DNA of 59,467 nucleotides, the filler included. It is 10 parts of 10 records of this genome, joined end to end, with 100 filler letters (N's around TTAATTAATTAA, not from the genome) between each part and the next. Parts side by side here need not be neighbours in the genome. Positions count along the whole stretch, not along the records: positions 33,689 to 41,350 come from SRR31147125_144452; positions 41,451 to 48,609 come from SRR31147125_144873; positions 48,710 to 53,974 come from SRR31147125_145591; 7 more parts are not named here. The stretch is one strand, 5' to 3'. The stretch's first letter is position 1. Each line of letters starts with the position of its first letter. A program made the position numbers and the translations under genes. The notes under the pieces are model-generated. The model did not search any database. It had not been told where the DNA came from and saw only the letters and a list, made by a program, of their open reading frames with translations. This document shows positions 38,689 through 49,649 of this stretch, piece after piece.

Positions 38689-39729
38689 TTAGATCAATTC
38701 AACGAAAGCGCTGTCCGATTGCTTGATCTCACCAATGACGACAGCGTCTTCTCCAAGGGCAGACAGGCGGTCCAGAATGTCCTGTGTCTCATCGGTCGGG
38801 ACAACCAGAACCATGCCGATTCCATAGTTGAAGGTTCGGTACATTTCAGATTCGTCGATGTTGCCACCTTCGCGCATCAGCTCAAAAATAGCCGGTTTGT
38901 CCCAGCTGTTCCTGTTGATAACTGCTTTGCATTGCTGTGGTAGAATGCGCGGAATGTTTTCCAGGAGTCCGCCACCCGTGATATGAGCGACTCCCTTTAA
39001 AGTGAAATCACGCATTAGATTGAGAACACTTTTGACGTAAATCTTTGTCGGCGTTAGAAGAGCTTCGCCCAGAGGTTGATCAAGTTCATCCGGCTGATGA
39101 TCGATTTTGAGATTGAGAGTGTCAAAAAAGATCTTTCTCGCCAGAGAAAAACCGTTGGAGTGCAGTCCGCTGGAGGTGATGCCGATGATCTGGTCGCCTT
39201 TGGTGATGGATGAGCCGTCTATGATCGCGTCATTATCGACAACGCCAACCGCAAATCCGGCCAGATCATATTCCTCGGAGGAGTACATGCCGGGCATTTC
39301 AGCGGTCTCGCCGCCGAGGAGTGCGCAGTTTGACTGCCGGCACCCTTCCGCGATTCCTTTAACGACATCGACAGCTTGCTCAGGATTGAGCTTGGCCGTT
39401 GCCAGATAATCGAGGAAGAAAAGCGGCTCTGCTCCTTGAACAATAATATCGTTGACGCACATGGCGACCAGGTCGATTCCAACGGTGTCATGGCGGCCCA
39501 TCATAAACGCAAGTTTCAGCTTTGTCCCCACGCCGTCGGTTGCCGCAACCAGAGTTGGGCGTTTGTATTTGCTGCTGTTGAGGGAGAAAAGCCCGCCAAA
39601 CCCACCGATATCGGTTACAACCTCCGGTCGATTGGTTTTCTTGACGAATGGCTTGATCTGATCAACAAAGCGGTTTCCCGCATCAATGTCGACCCCTGCA
39701 TCTTTATAGGTGATCGGTTTGTCGCTCAA
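38689..39729 (-). CDS. purM: Phosphoribosylformylglycinamidine cyclo-ligase
   Basis: YKDAGVDIDAG, TDGVGTK, GGETAEMP, SSGLHSNG, HITGGG and TFNYGIG. Confidence 0.97.
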   Translation of the reverse strand: MSDKPITYKDAGVDIDAGNRFVDQIKPFVKKTNRPEVVTDIGGFGGLFSLNSSKYKRPTLVAATDGVGTKLKLAFMMGRHDTVGIDLVAMCVNDIIVQGAEPLFFLDYLATAKLNPEQAVDVVKGIAEGCRQSNCALLGGETAEMPGMYSSEEYDLAGFAVGVVDNDAIIDGSSITKGDQIIGITSSGLHSNGFSLARKIFFDTLNLKIDHQPDELDQPLGEALLTPTKIYVKSVLNLMRDFTLKGVAHITGGGLLENIPRILPQQCKAVINRNSWDKPAIFELMREGGNIDESEMYRTFNYGIGMVLVVPTDETQDILDRLSALGEDAVVIGEIKQSDSAFVELI

Positions 39730-39941
39730 TCTGCTCGCTCCTTGTTCATTAAAATGGACGGCATTAGACCACTGGAGGCCGTCGATGTCAATCCGCTAAA
39801 AAGGCCTCGTTTTGATGTTTGAACCCTTTGATCTTTTGCTGTATCAGGTGAATGAACTGTGGTATTTTCGACGCGCACGTCGTTGTCACTATTTGCCTGT
39901 GGGAATTTATCATTATTATGCCATTTTCGGCAGTTAAAACA

Positions 39942-40424
39942 ATGCCTGAACACAGGTTTAAGCGCTTGCGTGATTGTGTCGATATTGATGCTGTTTTAAG
40001 AATAGAGCAGCGTTGTTATCAGAAACCCTGGAGCAGGACCCATTTCCTGCAGGAATTCGACAATCCGGTTTCCAATGTTACAGGCGTTCTGCTGGAAGGA
40101 ATTCTGGCCGGGTATATCTGCTATTGGTTGATTGCCGGTGAAATGCAGATTTTGAATGTTGCCGTAGACCCCGATTACAGACGTCGTGGCCTGGCGGCAT
40201 TGCTTCTGCAGAAAGCTCTTGCCGATGCCGGACAGATCGGCCTCAGCTCTGCCTGGCTTGAGGTGAGATCGGGAAATATCGCAGCGAAGACTCTTTACGA
40301 ACATTTCGGTTTTGAAGTCAAAGGGTGCCGGAAAAATTATTATCAGGATGGAGAAGATGCTTTGCTGATGTTGATCGATGTTCAAAATTCAAAATCAACG
40401 GAGAGGGTTGATGAAAAATCATAA
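39942..40424 (+). CDS. rimI: RimI-like GNAT acetyltransferase
   Basis: ILNVAVDP.YRRRG, LEVR..N..A..LY..FGF and R.NYY.DGEDALLM; start position uncertain. Confidence 0.9.
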   Translation: MPEHRFKRLRDCVDIDAVLRIEQRCYQKPWSRTHFLQEFDNPVSNVTGVLLEGILAGYICYWLIAGEMQILNVAVDPDYRRRGLAALLLQKALADAGQIGLSSAWLEVRSGNIAAKTLYEHFGFEVKGCRKNYYQDGEDALLMLIDVQNSKSTERVDEKS

Positions 40425-41280
40425 GACAATCATTTTGTCGAATCAGGAAATTGCACCTCAATACTATCGGATGAGAATCCTTGCACCTGAGTACACGCGA
40501 CACGCCAAAGCTGGTCAGTTTGTCATGTTACGTGTGCAGACAACGCATCAGCCTCTTTTGCGCCGTCCCTTCGGTATTTTCAGGGCAGGGTTTATGCCCG
40601 CAGATTGTGATTCCATGCCACCCAAAGAATTTATCGAGATTATCTACAAGGTTGTTGGTGGTGGGACTGAAACCATGAGGACCCTTGGGACTGGCGATAC
40701 GGTTGAGCTGCTCGGCCCACTGGGTCAGGGATTCGAGTTCGGAAAACCCGACGAAGACAAGATTCTTGTTGGTGGTGGCATCGGTCTTGTGCCTCTGTAT
40801 ATGCTCGCTGAAAAGCTCGTCGATCAATCCAAGGTTCGCTTGCTCATGGGTGGGAGAACGCGGGATGATATTATTACGGTCACCGAATTTGAACGACTCG
40901 GTGTCGAAACCTACGTCTCGACAGAAGATGGCAGCCTTGGTGAGTCGGGCCTTGTGACGGAGGTTCTGATCCGGCGTCTCAGCGAAAATCCTTCTGCAAC
41001 CGTCTATGCCTGTGGCCCGATGCCGATGATCAGGGCGGTCGAAAAAATCTGTCGCGAATATGGTGTTCCGCTGCAGGTCTCACTGGAGGCGCTTATGGCG
41101 TGTGGAGTCGGGGCTTGCCTTGGATGCGTCGTCAAGGGTGCCGGCCACAGTGATGACAACCCGAGCTATCTGTGTACATGCAAAGTCGGGCCGGTGTTCC
41201 AGGCAAAACAGCTTGATTGGTCAGAGGACTCAGCGGGGAACCAGGCATCAGTTTGTGGAGGCTGTCATGATCAAGCGTAG
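40411..41280 (+). CDS. pyrK: Dihydroorotate dehydrogenase B electron transfer subunit
   Basis: LRRPF, GPLG.GF, GGGIG..P, YACGP and the 2Fe-2S motif MACGVGACLGC...C..GPVF. Confidence 0.95.
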   Translation: MKNHKTIILSNQEIAPQYYRMRILAPEYTRHAKAGQFVMLRVQTTHQPLLRRPFGIFRAGFMPADCDSMPPKEFIEIIYKVVGGGTETMRTLGTGDTVELLGPLGQGFEFGKPDEDKILVGGGIGLVPLYMLAEKLVDQSKVRLLMGGRTRDDIITVTEFERLGVETYVSTEDGSLGESGLVTEVLIRRLSENPSATVYACGPMPMIRAVEKICREYGVPLQVSLEALMACGVGACLGCVVKGAGHSDDNPSYLCTCKVGPVFQAKQLDWSEDSAGNQASVCGGCHDQA

Positions 41281-41350
41281 AGAGAAAATCATCAAGCCGG
41301 ATCTCTCCGTCGATGTCGCCGGAATGCGTTTACGCAATCCGATTATGCCG
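41267..41350 (+). CDS. pyrD: Dihydroorotate dehydrogenase, N-terminal fragment
   Basis: PDLSVDVAGMRLRNPIMP, overlapping the end of pyrK. Confidence 0.8.
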
Positions 41351-41450
41351 NNNNNNNNNNNNNNNNNNNNNNNNNNNNNNNNNNNNNNNNNNNNTTAATT
41401 AATTAANNNNNNNNNNNNNNNNNNNNNNNNNNNNNNNNNNNNNNNNNNNN
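41351..41450. other. Artificial contig spacer
   Basis: N44-TTAATTAATTAA-N44. Confidence 0.99.
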
Positions 41451-41479
41451 GCGCGCTAACCAGGCTGCGCTACGCCCCG
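41451..41479 (-). tRNA. 5' end of a tRNA, most likely tRNA-Pro; anticodon lost at the contig edge
   Basis: The reverse complement CGGGGCGTAGCGCAGCCTGGTTAGCGCGC is an acceptor 5' strand plus D-arm typical of tRNA-Pro. Confidence 0.85.
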
Positions 41480-41894
41480 AATAGGTACGAAAAACATAAG
41501 CATGATACTAAAAACCGGGCAGTACTCAGTCCAATTCCCTCATGAGGTATGGCAGATCAGTCTCTCCAGCACCTTGAAGGAGGACATTACTACCATTCTA
41601 ATCGCACAGAATCAAGTGAAAGATAGACTCCAGAGAAGTATCATGCAGGACGCCCCTCCATACCAGCGCCTAACTATTCAACATTATATACAATATAAAC
41701 TTGGCATTCAGGAAGAAAATGTCCTTCCTCGGATATTTCTGGAAAAATGCCACCTCGTCGTTTGATATAAAATTGGGTATATAATACCGATCTCAAGCCA
41801 AACGACGAGAAGCCATGACACTTTCACATGTAATGAAGAGGTTGGACGAAAAGACAATTTCCCACGGTAGCCTTATCAAGGAGACCTGCTGAGC

Positions 41895-43248
41895 ATGAAA
41901 CTGCTATCCAAAGAGACGGATGAATCCCGTTTGCTGAAGCTTAATTATGAGATCAGTAAGCTTTTGTCCTCAACCACCCCTCTTGAGCACACGTTAGATA
42001 AGCTGTTGTCAATTTGCTGCAAAATTGAAGGAATTGAATGCGGAACCCTGTACCTGGCAGACAGCCTGACCGATGGACTGAAATTAGTCTCGCATCACGG
42101 TCTTCATGCATCCCTGAAGGGGAAATATGCAAGCTACGACTTCACCTCTCTTGAAATCAGATTTGCGAAGAAAGCAGAGCCCATTTATCTCAATACATCT
42201 GAGTTGAAAGAGCACATGTATTCGACAAGGGAAATGGCACGTGAAGGGTTGCAGTTTTTTATTTCAATACCGGTTGTCTATGACAATAATGTCGTCGCAG
42301 TAATCAATTTATTTTCTTTTGAGCTCAAGCAGATAACAGAGAGCACCCGTATAGCTCTCGAAGCCTTCGCAATGCGTGCGGGAGCCCTTATTGCCAGAAT
42401 AAACGCCATACGGGCCTCACAGGAAAGCGAACAAAGGTATCGCTCGCTGCTGGAAACCATGAATGAAGGATTTCTTATTATAGACGAGAACTACACAGTT
42501 ATATACGGCAATAATAGAATCTGTGAGATGCTCGGCTATAGATTTGAAGAGATAATTGGCCTGCCTGTTTCTTTTTTCTTTAATAAAAGGAACAAATTAA
42601 TACTGCAAAAACAGATTAAGAGGAAAAAGCGCAAGGGGTCTTTGTCCTATGAAATCACCTGGCAGAAATCCGATGGAAAGGAGATCATCACGCGCATTGC
42701 TCCCCGTGCAATCCTGGATGATAATCGAAATTTCAGAGGAGTTTGCCGTCATAGCTGATGTTACCGAAATTAAAAGAACGGATGCCAAACTCAGAAAAAA
42801 CGAGCAGGCTCTCATTGACAAGACAACGAGTTTGCAGGAGGTAAATACCGCGTTGCATGTATTGCTTAAAAAGCGAGACGCGGACAAAGTTGAGATTGAA
42901 GAGAAGATAATCAGTAACATTGAGCAACTCATCATTCCCCTCCTGAGTAAAATCAAAGAAAGATCGCTGGACCCTACGCAGAAATCATTATTCGATATCC
43001 TCGAATCCAGTATTTCGAGCATTGCCTCTCCGTTTTCAAAGAATATTTTCGCCAAACACTTAGAACTTACGTCTACCGAATTTGATATCGCAAATTTCAT
43101 TCGCGAAGGTAAGTCGACGAAGGAAATATCTGAAATAATGAGTTTATCTCCCCGTACAGTTGAAACTCACAGGTTCAGGATACGGAAGAAATTAAAACTC
43201 AACAATCAGAAAATCGGCCTGAGATCCTACCTGCTATCCCTCCAGTAA
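41895..43248 (+). CDS. GAF-PAS-LuxR(HTH) one-component regulator, split by an apparent frameshift near 42740
   Basis: ORF 41895 encodes GAF and PAS; ORF 42649 carries EVNTAL.VLL and the LuxR HTH LTSTEFDIA..IREGKSTKEI...VETHRFRIRKKL. Two added bases (GGA AGT TTT GCC) join them. Confidence 0.88.
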
Positions 43249-43272
43249 ATACGTACACAACGTACGTATTTA
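43246..43272. promoter_or_regulatory. Perfect 11-bp inverted repeat, candidate regulator binding site
   Basis: TAAATACGTAC-ACAAC-GTACGTATTTA overlaps the LuxR stop codon and lies upstream of the next gene. Confidence 0.5.
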
Positions 43273-43381
43273 TTGCGTGTATTTACCGTCTTGATTGTGC
43301 CACTTAATCCCTTTATGATGGCGTCAGTATTTCACCTGGGTCAGGGGCGCTGCCTCTCAGAATGTTAGGTTTACATGAAGC

Positions 43382-44767
43382 GTGAATCAGGACATGGCTG
43401 GTATGCAACACAACGAAACAATCAAGATCGGGCTTCTCGGGGACTTCTCCGGAGATTTCTCTATTTACGGACGAGCTCAGAAACATGCCGCCGAGTTGGC
43501 TATTAAAGAAATAAACGATGGTTTCACCCTCTTTGGCGGTCACCTCAGGGCTCCGGGAAAATCCACCTTTACCAGAAGTTCATCCACCCCTCCAACGATC
43601 AGATCGCAAAGAGACACGCTTAGGTTGTCGGACAAAGGCGATGATTTCAACCTGGAGAAGATACTTTTTGCCGAGGAAGATAAAATACTGATTCAGTCCG
43701 GCGAACAAGGTCTCTTGAACCGGAAAGTATCTCTGGCCCCTCGAGACAGTCAGTCGCGGTTGGGACCGCTGGAATCCCTAACCAACGATCTCATCCATAA
43801 CGAAAACGCAGATGTACTCTTCGGCGGGTTCACCAGTGCCTCGAGAGAACGAATCAGGCCCATCATCAACAAGCATAAACAACTATACTTTTATACCAAC
43901 CAATACGAAGGCGGAGTAGCAGACAGCTATACGTTTTGCACCGGGGCTGTCTGCGAGCAACAGGTTTTGCCAATATTGCAATACATGGTTCAAACGTTTG
44001 GCCCACGTATATACACGATTGCCGCTGACTACAACTTTGGGAGACTGACGGCAGCATGGACAAGGACCTGGGCTCCAAGGTTCGATGCGGAAGTCATAGG
44101 AGAAAGATTCATCCCTATCGGTGAGTCAAAGTATGAAGATGTAATAGCGAGGGTTAAAAAGAGCAACCCGGACTGGGTCATGACGCTCATCATCGGCGAG
44201 GCCCAGCAAAACTACTACCCTCAGGCATCTGCCGCGAATGTCAACAAACCGATGGCGACCACGGTCAACATGGCCTCAGGCTATGAACATATTCGCTTCA
44301 GCCCGCCCGCCATCGTCAATATGCACAACGCGATCAATTACATGATGGAGGTTCCTTCAACCAGGAATATCGCCTTCGTCAAACGGTGGTTTAATGTGTT
44401 CCCCAATGACGCCTATATCGGCCAGATGGCTCAGAACACATACTTCAGCGTTCACCTGTATGCCAAGGCTGTCAGACTTGCGGGCACCGCTGACCAGCAA
44501 AAGGTCATAAAAGCGCTGGAGTCCGGCCTGCACATCGAAGCACCCGAAGGATCTGTCTTTCTGGACCCATCCACTCATCATGTTTCCCACTACATGCGCC
44601 TGGCAGCGGCGGATGAAGATCACAATATAAAGTTTAAAAACGACTGGCCCAATATAGCGCCATGGTGGCTCCATCGTCTGGGGGTCAATCTGGTTCACAA
44701 TCCAGAGAGTAAACAATATACGCTGGATGACGACCCCTACATCAGTGACGTTACAAACCTCGAATAA
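43382..44767 (+). CDS. AmiC/UrtA-like amide/urea-binding protein without a signal peptide
   Basis: IKIGLL.D.SG, GGFTSASRE.IRP, YFYTNQYEGG and AADYNFG; no hydrophobic leader at any candidate start (43382, 43394, 43403). Confidence 0.85.
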   Translation: MNQDMAGMQHNETIKIGLLGDFSGDFSIYGRAQKHAAELAIKEINDGFTLFGGHLRAPGKSTFTRSSSTPPTIRSQRDTLRLSDKGDDFNLEKILFAEEDKILIQSGEQGLLNRKVSLAPRDSQSRLGPLESLTNDLIHNENADVLFGGFTSASRERIRPIINKHKQLYFYTNQYEGGVADSYTFCTGAVCEQQVLPILQYMVQTFGPRIYTIAADYNFGRLTAAWTRTWAPRFDAEVIGERFIPIGESKYEDVIARVKKSNPDWVMTLIIGEAQQNYYPQASAANVNKPMATTVNMASGYEHIRFSPPAIVNMHNAINYMMEVPSTRNIAFVKRWFNVFPNDAYIGQMAQNTYFSVHLYAKAVRLAGTADQQKVIKALESGLHIEAPEGSVFLDPSTHHVSHYMRLAAADEDHNIKFKNDWPNIAPWWLHRLGVNLVHNPESKQYTLDDDPYISDVTNLE

Positions 44768-45046
44768 CTAAATCTCAGCTGTACGAACAGACTGAATTAA
44801 TCGACATCGGCTGCAGCTCAGCCGGTGGAACCATATCATTCTGTTTTCAGGTCGGAGGAGGCGACAAAAAACCACGAAGGAAACCAATTGAGAGCGCGAT
44901 TCTTCTGCGTTCTGCTGAAGGTTATCCGTAACACCAAAAGAATATGCTCAGTGGTTATTCAACGAGCAAAGAGAAATACGAAAAGTAAAGACTGTTACGT
45001 TCATGTTTTTGAAAAACCAAACAATAAAGTAATGGAGATACGTACG

Positions 45047-46099
45047 ATGAACAGGCTGATAAAAAAATCATGCATGACGTTAGGCATCCTGGTTTCCTTA
45101 ACGCTTCTGGTCGTTGCCACCGGTTACAGCAAGATGGTAGTAAAAGTTGCGCATATTGACCCTGCGGACCCCTTCATGTCCGCAGATCATGCGGGCGCAG
45201 TCGTTTTTAAAAACATGGTGGAGAACGGCACTAACGGCGAAATCGAAGTACGGCTGTACCCCGCCAGCCAGCTCGGCAATGAAAGGGATTCAATGTCAAT
45301 GCTCAAATCCGGGGCAGTGCAGGTTGTCCTGTCCTCAGCCGGCGGATTGGCTACCATGTACCCGCTCCTGGGCGTCCTGGATACTCCGTTTGCGATTCCG
45401 AACATGTCTGTTGCCTGGGACGTTTTTGACGGTCCGTTCGGCGCTCAACTCAAAGCCTCCATTTTTGAAAAAACCGGAATTCGCTGTTTAGAGGTTCTCG
45501 ACCAGGGTGGTTTCTTTCACTTCACCAACAACAAACGCCCGGTTAAAAGCCTTTCCGACATCAAGGGAATCAAGTTCCGCACCATGACTCTGCCGAGTCA
45601 TATCAACTTTTTCAAATCGATGGACGGTTCCGCGATTCCTATTGCATGGTCCGAGCTGTACACCTCTCTGCAGACCGGTGTAGTCGATGGCCAGCACAAC
45701 CCGTTTGCACCAATCCTGGGTGCCAAGCTGTACGAGGTACAGAAATACCTGACCTTGAGTGGACATATGTGGAGTACCCATTGGTTCCTCGTCAATAACG
45801 ACTGGTACGAGTCACTGACCGATGAGCAGAAACAGGTTGTCAACAATGCCGCCAACGTTGCAAAAACAGCCGGACGGGCGATTACCAAGATTTATGAGTC
45901 CAGCGAGAAAGGGTTCCCGACCATCGCAAAGGAGATGGAAGTAAATGCGCTGAGCCTTGCGACAAAGGAAGAGTTCGCAGAAGTAACGATTCCGGCAATG
46001 ACTGAGTACATCAAGGAGAGTCTTGGTGAAGAGGGCGTTGCACTTCAGGCGGACTACCTGGAAGCAATCAAAACGTCTCGTGAGAAACTGGGATTCTAG
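45047..46099 (+). CDS. dctP: TRAP transporter substrate-binding protein
   Basis: Signal peptide from ATG 45047; YPASQLG.E, D.KG.KFR, ELYTSLQTGVVDGQ.N and YEVQKY. Confidence 0.95.
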   Translation: MNRLIKKSCMTLGILVSLTLLVVATGYSKMVVKVAHIDPADPFMSADHAGAVVFKNMVENGTNGEIEVRLYPASQLGNERDSMSMLKSGAVQVVLSSAGGLATMYPLLGVLDTPFAIPNMSVAWDVFDGPFGAQLKASIFEKTGIRCLEVLDQGGFFHFTNNKRPVKSLSDIKGIKFRTMTLPSHINFFKSMDGSAIPIAWSELYTSLQTGVVDGQHNPFAPILGAKLYEVQKYLTLSGHMWSTHWFLVNNDWYESLTDEQKQVVNNAANVAKTAGRAITKIYESSEKGFPTIAKEMEVNALSLATKEEFAEVTIPAMTEYIKESLGEEGVALQADYLEAIKTSREKLGF

Positions 46100-46157
46100 C
46101 TTGGCAGACAGTATCAAACACTGCTGACAATCCTTGTTGTACATGAACGTATCTATG

Positions 46158-46197
46158 AAGCAGCCGAAGTTACCTGAACCGTGTGCTTCGGCTGCTT
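46158..46197. terminator. Intergenic hairpin after dctP (terminator or mRNA stabiliser)
   Basis: Perfect 12-bp stem AAGCAGCCGAAG / CTTCGGCTGCTT. Confidence 0.6.
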
Positions 46198-46255
46198 GTA
46201 TTACGCTTCTTGATCCAAACCAATAAAAATCGGACATGAAAATCAGGGTGTAATC

Positions 46256-46831
46256 ATGGGCCAAACCAACAGATTATCCGGTGAACTACCATCTATCACA
46301 ACCAGGATTTTACAGGTTGCGAATGTTATAGAGACAACCACCATGGTTGTTGCAGTTATCATGGGGGCACTCATGACGCTTGTCGTCATCTTTGGGGTGT
46401 TCGCTCGCTATATAGTTCAGAACCCCGCAGTGTGGACAGAGGAGTTGGCCCGTGTGCTGATGATTTGGACCGCATATCTCGGGATCTCTATTGTGCTGAG
46501 AAGAAGGGGGCACCTGGGCATTCTCTATGTTGTCACAAAACTCCCCCTTCCGCTACAAAGAATAGTAAAACATTTCAACGACCTGCTGATCTTCATTTTT
46601 ATGATCGTACTGGTATTGAACGGGTTGGACATGGTCGCCGCGGCAAAAAACCAGTTTGAGCCTGCCACCGGAATCACGATGAACTATCCATTTTCGATTA
46701 TTCCGCTCTGTGGCCTGCTGACCGTCGCTCAGCTTATTTTGCAGGTAATGGTCGACGCCTGCCTGTGGGGAACGAAAATTTCCCGTTTGATCAAAACCTT
46801 TCTCACCTATAATCGTTACTCATGTGTGTAG
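46256..46831 (+). CDS. dctQ: TRAP transporter small permease
   Basis: Four TM helices, V.ARY, WTEELAR and GH motifs. Confidence 0.92.
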   Translation: MGQTNRLSGELPSITTRILQVANVIETTTMVVAVIMGALMTLVVIFGVFARYIVQNPAVWTEELARVLMIWTAYLGISIVLRRRGHLGILYVVTKLPLPLQRIVKHFNDLLIFIFMIVLVLNGLDMVAAAKNQFEPATGITMNYPFSIIPLCGLLTVAQLILQVMVDACLWGTKISRLIKTFLTYNRYSCV

Positions 46832-46864
46832 CTTGACACATTGAGCTTTCACGGGAGCCTTACC

Positions 46865-48151
46865 ATGTCCATTTGGTTAATTCTTCTCTTCTTCACTCTC
46901 CTCATACTCGGCATGCCTGTCGGTTTCGTCGTTGGCATAACCGCAACGGTTGGGATCTATTCTGTCGGAGGTACCGACCTCTTCAGCCTCATCCCCACAC
47001 GTTTTTATGCCGGAGCAGACCTGTTTCCGTTAATGGCAATGCCGCTGTTTATTCTTGCCGGTGAAATAATGAACCGGACTAAAATTACCCACGCCGTCAT
47101 CGATTTCGCCAACACGCTGGTGGGCTGGATCAGAGGCGGACTCGGACACGCCAACATCCTGGCCAGTGTATTTTTTGCAGGCTTAACGGGCAGCGCCGTT
47201 GCCGATACTGCAGCAATCGGCACCATGCTCATCCCCGCAATGGCCGAAAAGGGGTACGGGAAAAAATTTGCAGCTGCGGTCACTGCGGCATCATCCTGTA
47301 TCGGTCCGATCATTCCTCCCTCTACGATCATGGTAATCTATGGTTCATTCATGGGGGTATCAATCGCCGGGATGTTTGCAGCCGGACTGATTCCAGGACT
47401 GTTAATGGCGCCAGCCCTGATGTTGATCACCAGAAGATACGCGATAAAAAACGAAATACCGGTTTACTCAAAGCCCCCGACGTTGAAAGAATTCTTCTTG
47501 TCATTGAAAAAATCGATCGTGGCGCTGCTCATGCCCATCATCATATTAGGTGGGATCCTGACCGGGTGGTTCACCCCAACCGAGGCGGGAGCAATCGCCG
47601 TTTTATATGGCCTGATAATAGGGTTTGTCGTCTATCGGAATCTCAAGATCAGGGACATGTGGGAAGTGCTCGCCAGCATGACATCAGTTACCGCCATTGT
47701 CTTTCTGATACTGGCGACAGCAACCATTCTTTCCTGGATTCTTGCCGCAGAACAGATTCCGCAGCAGCTGGCTGCAAGTGTTCTGGAAATTTCCGAGAAT
47801 AAATTCCTGGTATTGTTCTTCATCAACATGCTCCTGCTGGTGGTCGGCTGCTTCATGGACCAGACGGCCGCACTGATCATCCTAGGACCGGTTTTGTCTC
47901 CTTTGGCAATCAGCGTAGGAGTTCACCCGATGCAGTTCGGTATCATCATGTGTATCAACCTGGTCATCGGCCTGACGACACCGCCGCTTGGCGCCTGTCT
48001 GTTCAGCTGTTGCAGTATTTCCGGAATATCGGTCGAGGAAATCACCAATGAAATCTGGCCGATGATTCTGATGCTGCTGAGCGTATTGGCACTGGTCACC
48101 TACGTTCCCGCAGTTTCACTGACACTTCCCAGGCTACTTGGCTTCGTTTAA
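46865..48151 (+). CDS. dctM: TRAP transporter large permease
   Basis: AMPLFILAG.IM, GSAVAD, GPIIPPS, FTPTEA and IGL.TPP.G. Confidence 0.96.
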   Translation: MSIWLILLFFTLLILGMPVGFVVGITATVGIYSVGGTDLFSLIPTRFYAGADLFPLMAMPLFILAGEIMNRTKITHAVIDFANTLVGWIRGGLGHANILASVFFAGLTGSAVADTAAIGTMLIPAMAEKGYGKKFAAAVTAASSCIGPIIPPSTIMVIYGSFMGVSIAGMFAAGLIPGLLMAPALMLITRRYAIKNEIPVYSKPPTLKEFFLSLKKSIVALLMPIIILGGILTGWFTPTEAGAIAVLYGLIIGFVVYRNLKIRDMWEVLASMTSVTAIVFLILATATILSWILAAEQIPQQLAASVLEISENKFLVLFFINMLLLVVGCFMDQTAALIILGPVLSPLAISVGVHPMQFGIIMCINLVIGLTTPPLGACLFSCCSISGISVEEITNEIWPMILMLLSVLALVTYVPAVSLTLPRLLGFV

Positions 48152-48207
48152 AAACAACAGATAATATATTTTTTTATAAACAAAGAAATTCAACAGAGGA
48201 AGTCAGC

Positions 48208-48609
48208 ATGCCATATCCCAAAGGGTTCTTAGAGAGCAGAGCAATTGTCAAGCCCGGTGTCTATACGGTGATACCGCCGGAAGGTCGTGTTATCAACTCG
48301 ATCCCCGGTTTTGAAGGGTGTAAGCTCACCATCATCGCATCGCCCAAACACGGTGCCAGTTTTGTACAGTACGTCGGCGAAGTCTCACCCGGCGGTAAAA
48401 CCACCCGCCCCTTCGTGGATGAAGACGGGATTGAATCGTTCCTCTTCGTAATGGATGGCGACGGGTGCCTGAGCGTAACAGTCAAGGATCAGACCGAGAC
48501 GCTCAAGCCGGGCGGCTACGCGTTCGCTCCTGCTGAAACCGGGATCTCGTTCGAGAACACCTCCGACCAGCCGGTACGCGTGCTTCTCTACAAGCAGCGC
48601 TTCGTGCCG
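48208..48609 (+). CDS. allE: (S)-ureidoglycine aminohydrolase (bicupin), 3'-truncated
   Basis: LLESRAIVKPG.YTVIPPEG.V.N.IPGFE.C...I.ASPK.GASFVQY resembles the AllE/YlbA N-terminus. Confidence 0.85.
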
Positions 48610-48709
48610 NNNNNNNNNNNNNNNNNNNNNNNNNNNNNNNNNNNNNNNNNNNNTTAATTAATTAANNNNNNNNNNNNNNNNNNNNNNNNNNNNNNNNNNN
48701 NNNNNNNNN
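48610..48709. other. Artificial contig spacer
   Basis: N44-TTAATTAATTAA-N44. Confidence 0.99.
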
Positions 48710-49649
48710 CTAAATATACTAAGCTGCCGGATAATACATTGCTATATTTCCGTTCATGTTTATCAGGGATTTTTGGCGTTTTCCTAAATTACTAATTAAG
48801 AGAAACCATTCTAAAAAATCAAATACAACGACTCGATAATAATTAACTAGGCTATTAAGTTAAGTCAGCAAATCTGAGAGGCGGTGAAGCCATCACTGCA
48901 CAACCTAATCTCGTGAATAGCTGACTTTCTACTTGCCTACGATTAAACCGGTAACAAAACTCATCCAAATAGCTTTGTAGATGCTTTTTATCTAACCCGT
49001 GAAACGTTCCCCGTACGAACGATTTGGCGTTGCCGACGACGGTATGCAACCAATGCAACATTTCGGAATCTGCATCGAACACTTGATACTCGTGCAGATA
49101 CTTTTCAGACAACGGCTTCCTATAGCTAGGATAAGCATCGCTCTCAACAATTGACCCTTCTGCAATAGCATTCTTTGCAAACTTTCCAATCGTCTTGCCT
49201 TTGAGATTGGGAACGACCTGCATCTTCGCATACTGCGGTTTTCCATCTTCGTCCTTAGATACAGCGACTAAAACCTTTGTTTTCGCAGTTCCTCGACCTC
49301 TTTTACTGCCTTTCTTCGTTTTTCCGATGTAAGTATCGTCGAATTCTACGATTCCAGTCAGCATGTAATTGCCGTCTCGGTCAGCCATTGCTTTCCGTAT
49401 CCGGTGGAGTAGAAACCAAGCAGTGTTATACGGCAGCTCTAATTGCTTAGATAGCTGCATTGCGGATATACCGCGCTTATCCTGCGCAACGAGACACATT
49501 GCTAATATCCAAATACGCAGTTTAAGATGGGTTTTGTCCATTACGGTACCAGCGGTTACAGATGTTTGGTGCTTACAGTTCTTGCACTGATACTTCTTGC
49601 GAGTTTTGATATCGTAGTATTCTCTGCACCCACAGATCGGACGTAAGCG

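Noticed and set aside
41451-41894. tRNA as an integration site of a genomic island; the 87-aa ORF at 41502
   Set aside because: Only the tRNA 5' end is present and the genes lie upstream of it, with no integrase or att duplication. The short ORF has no recognisable features.
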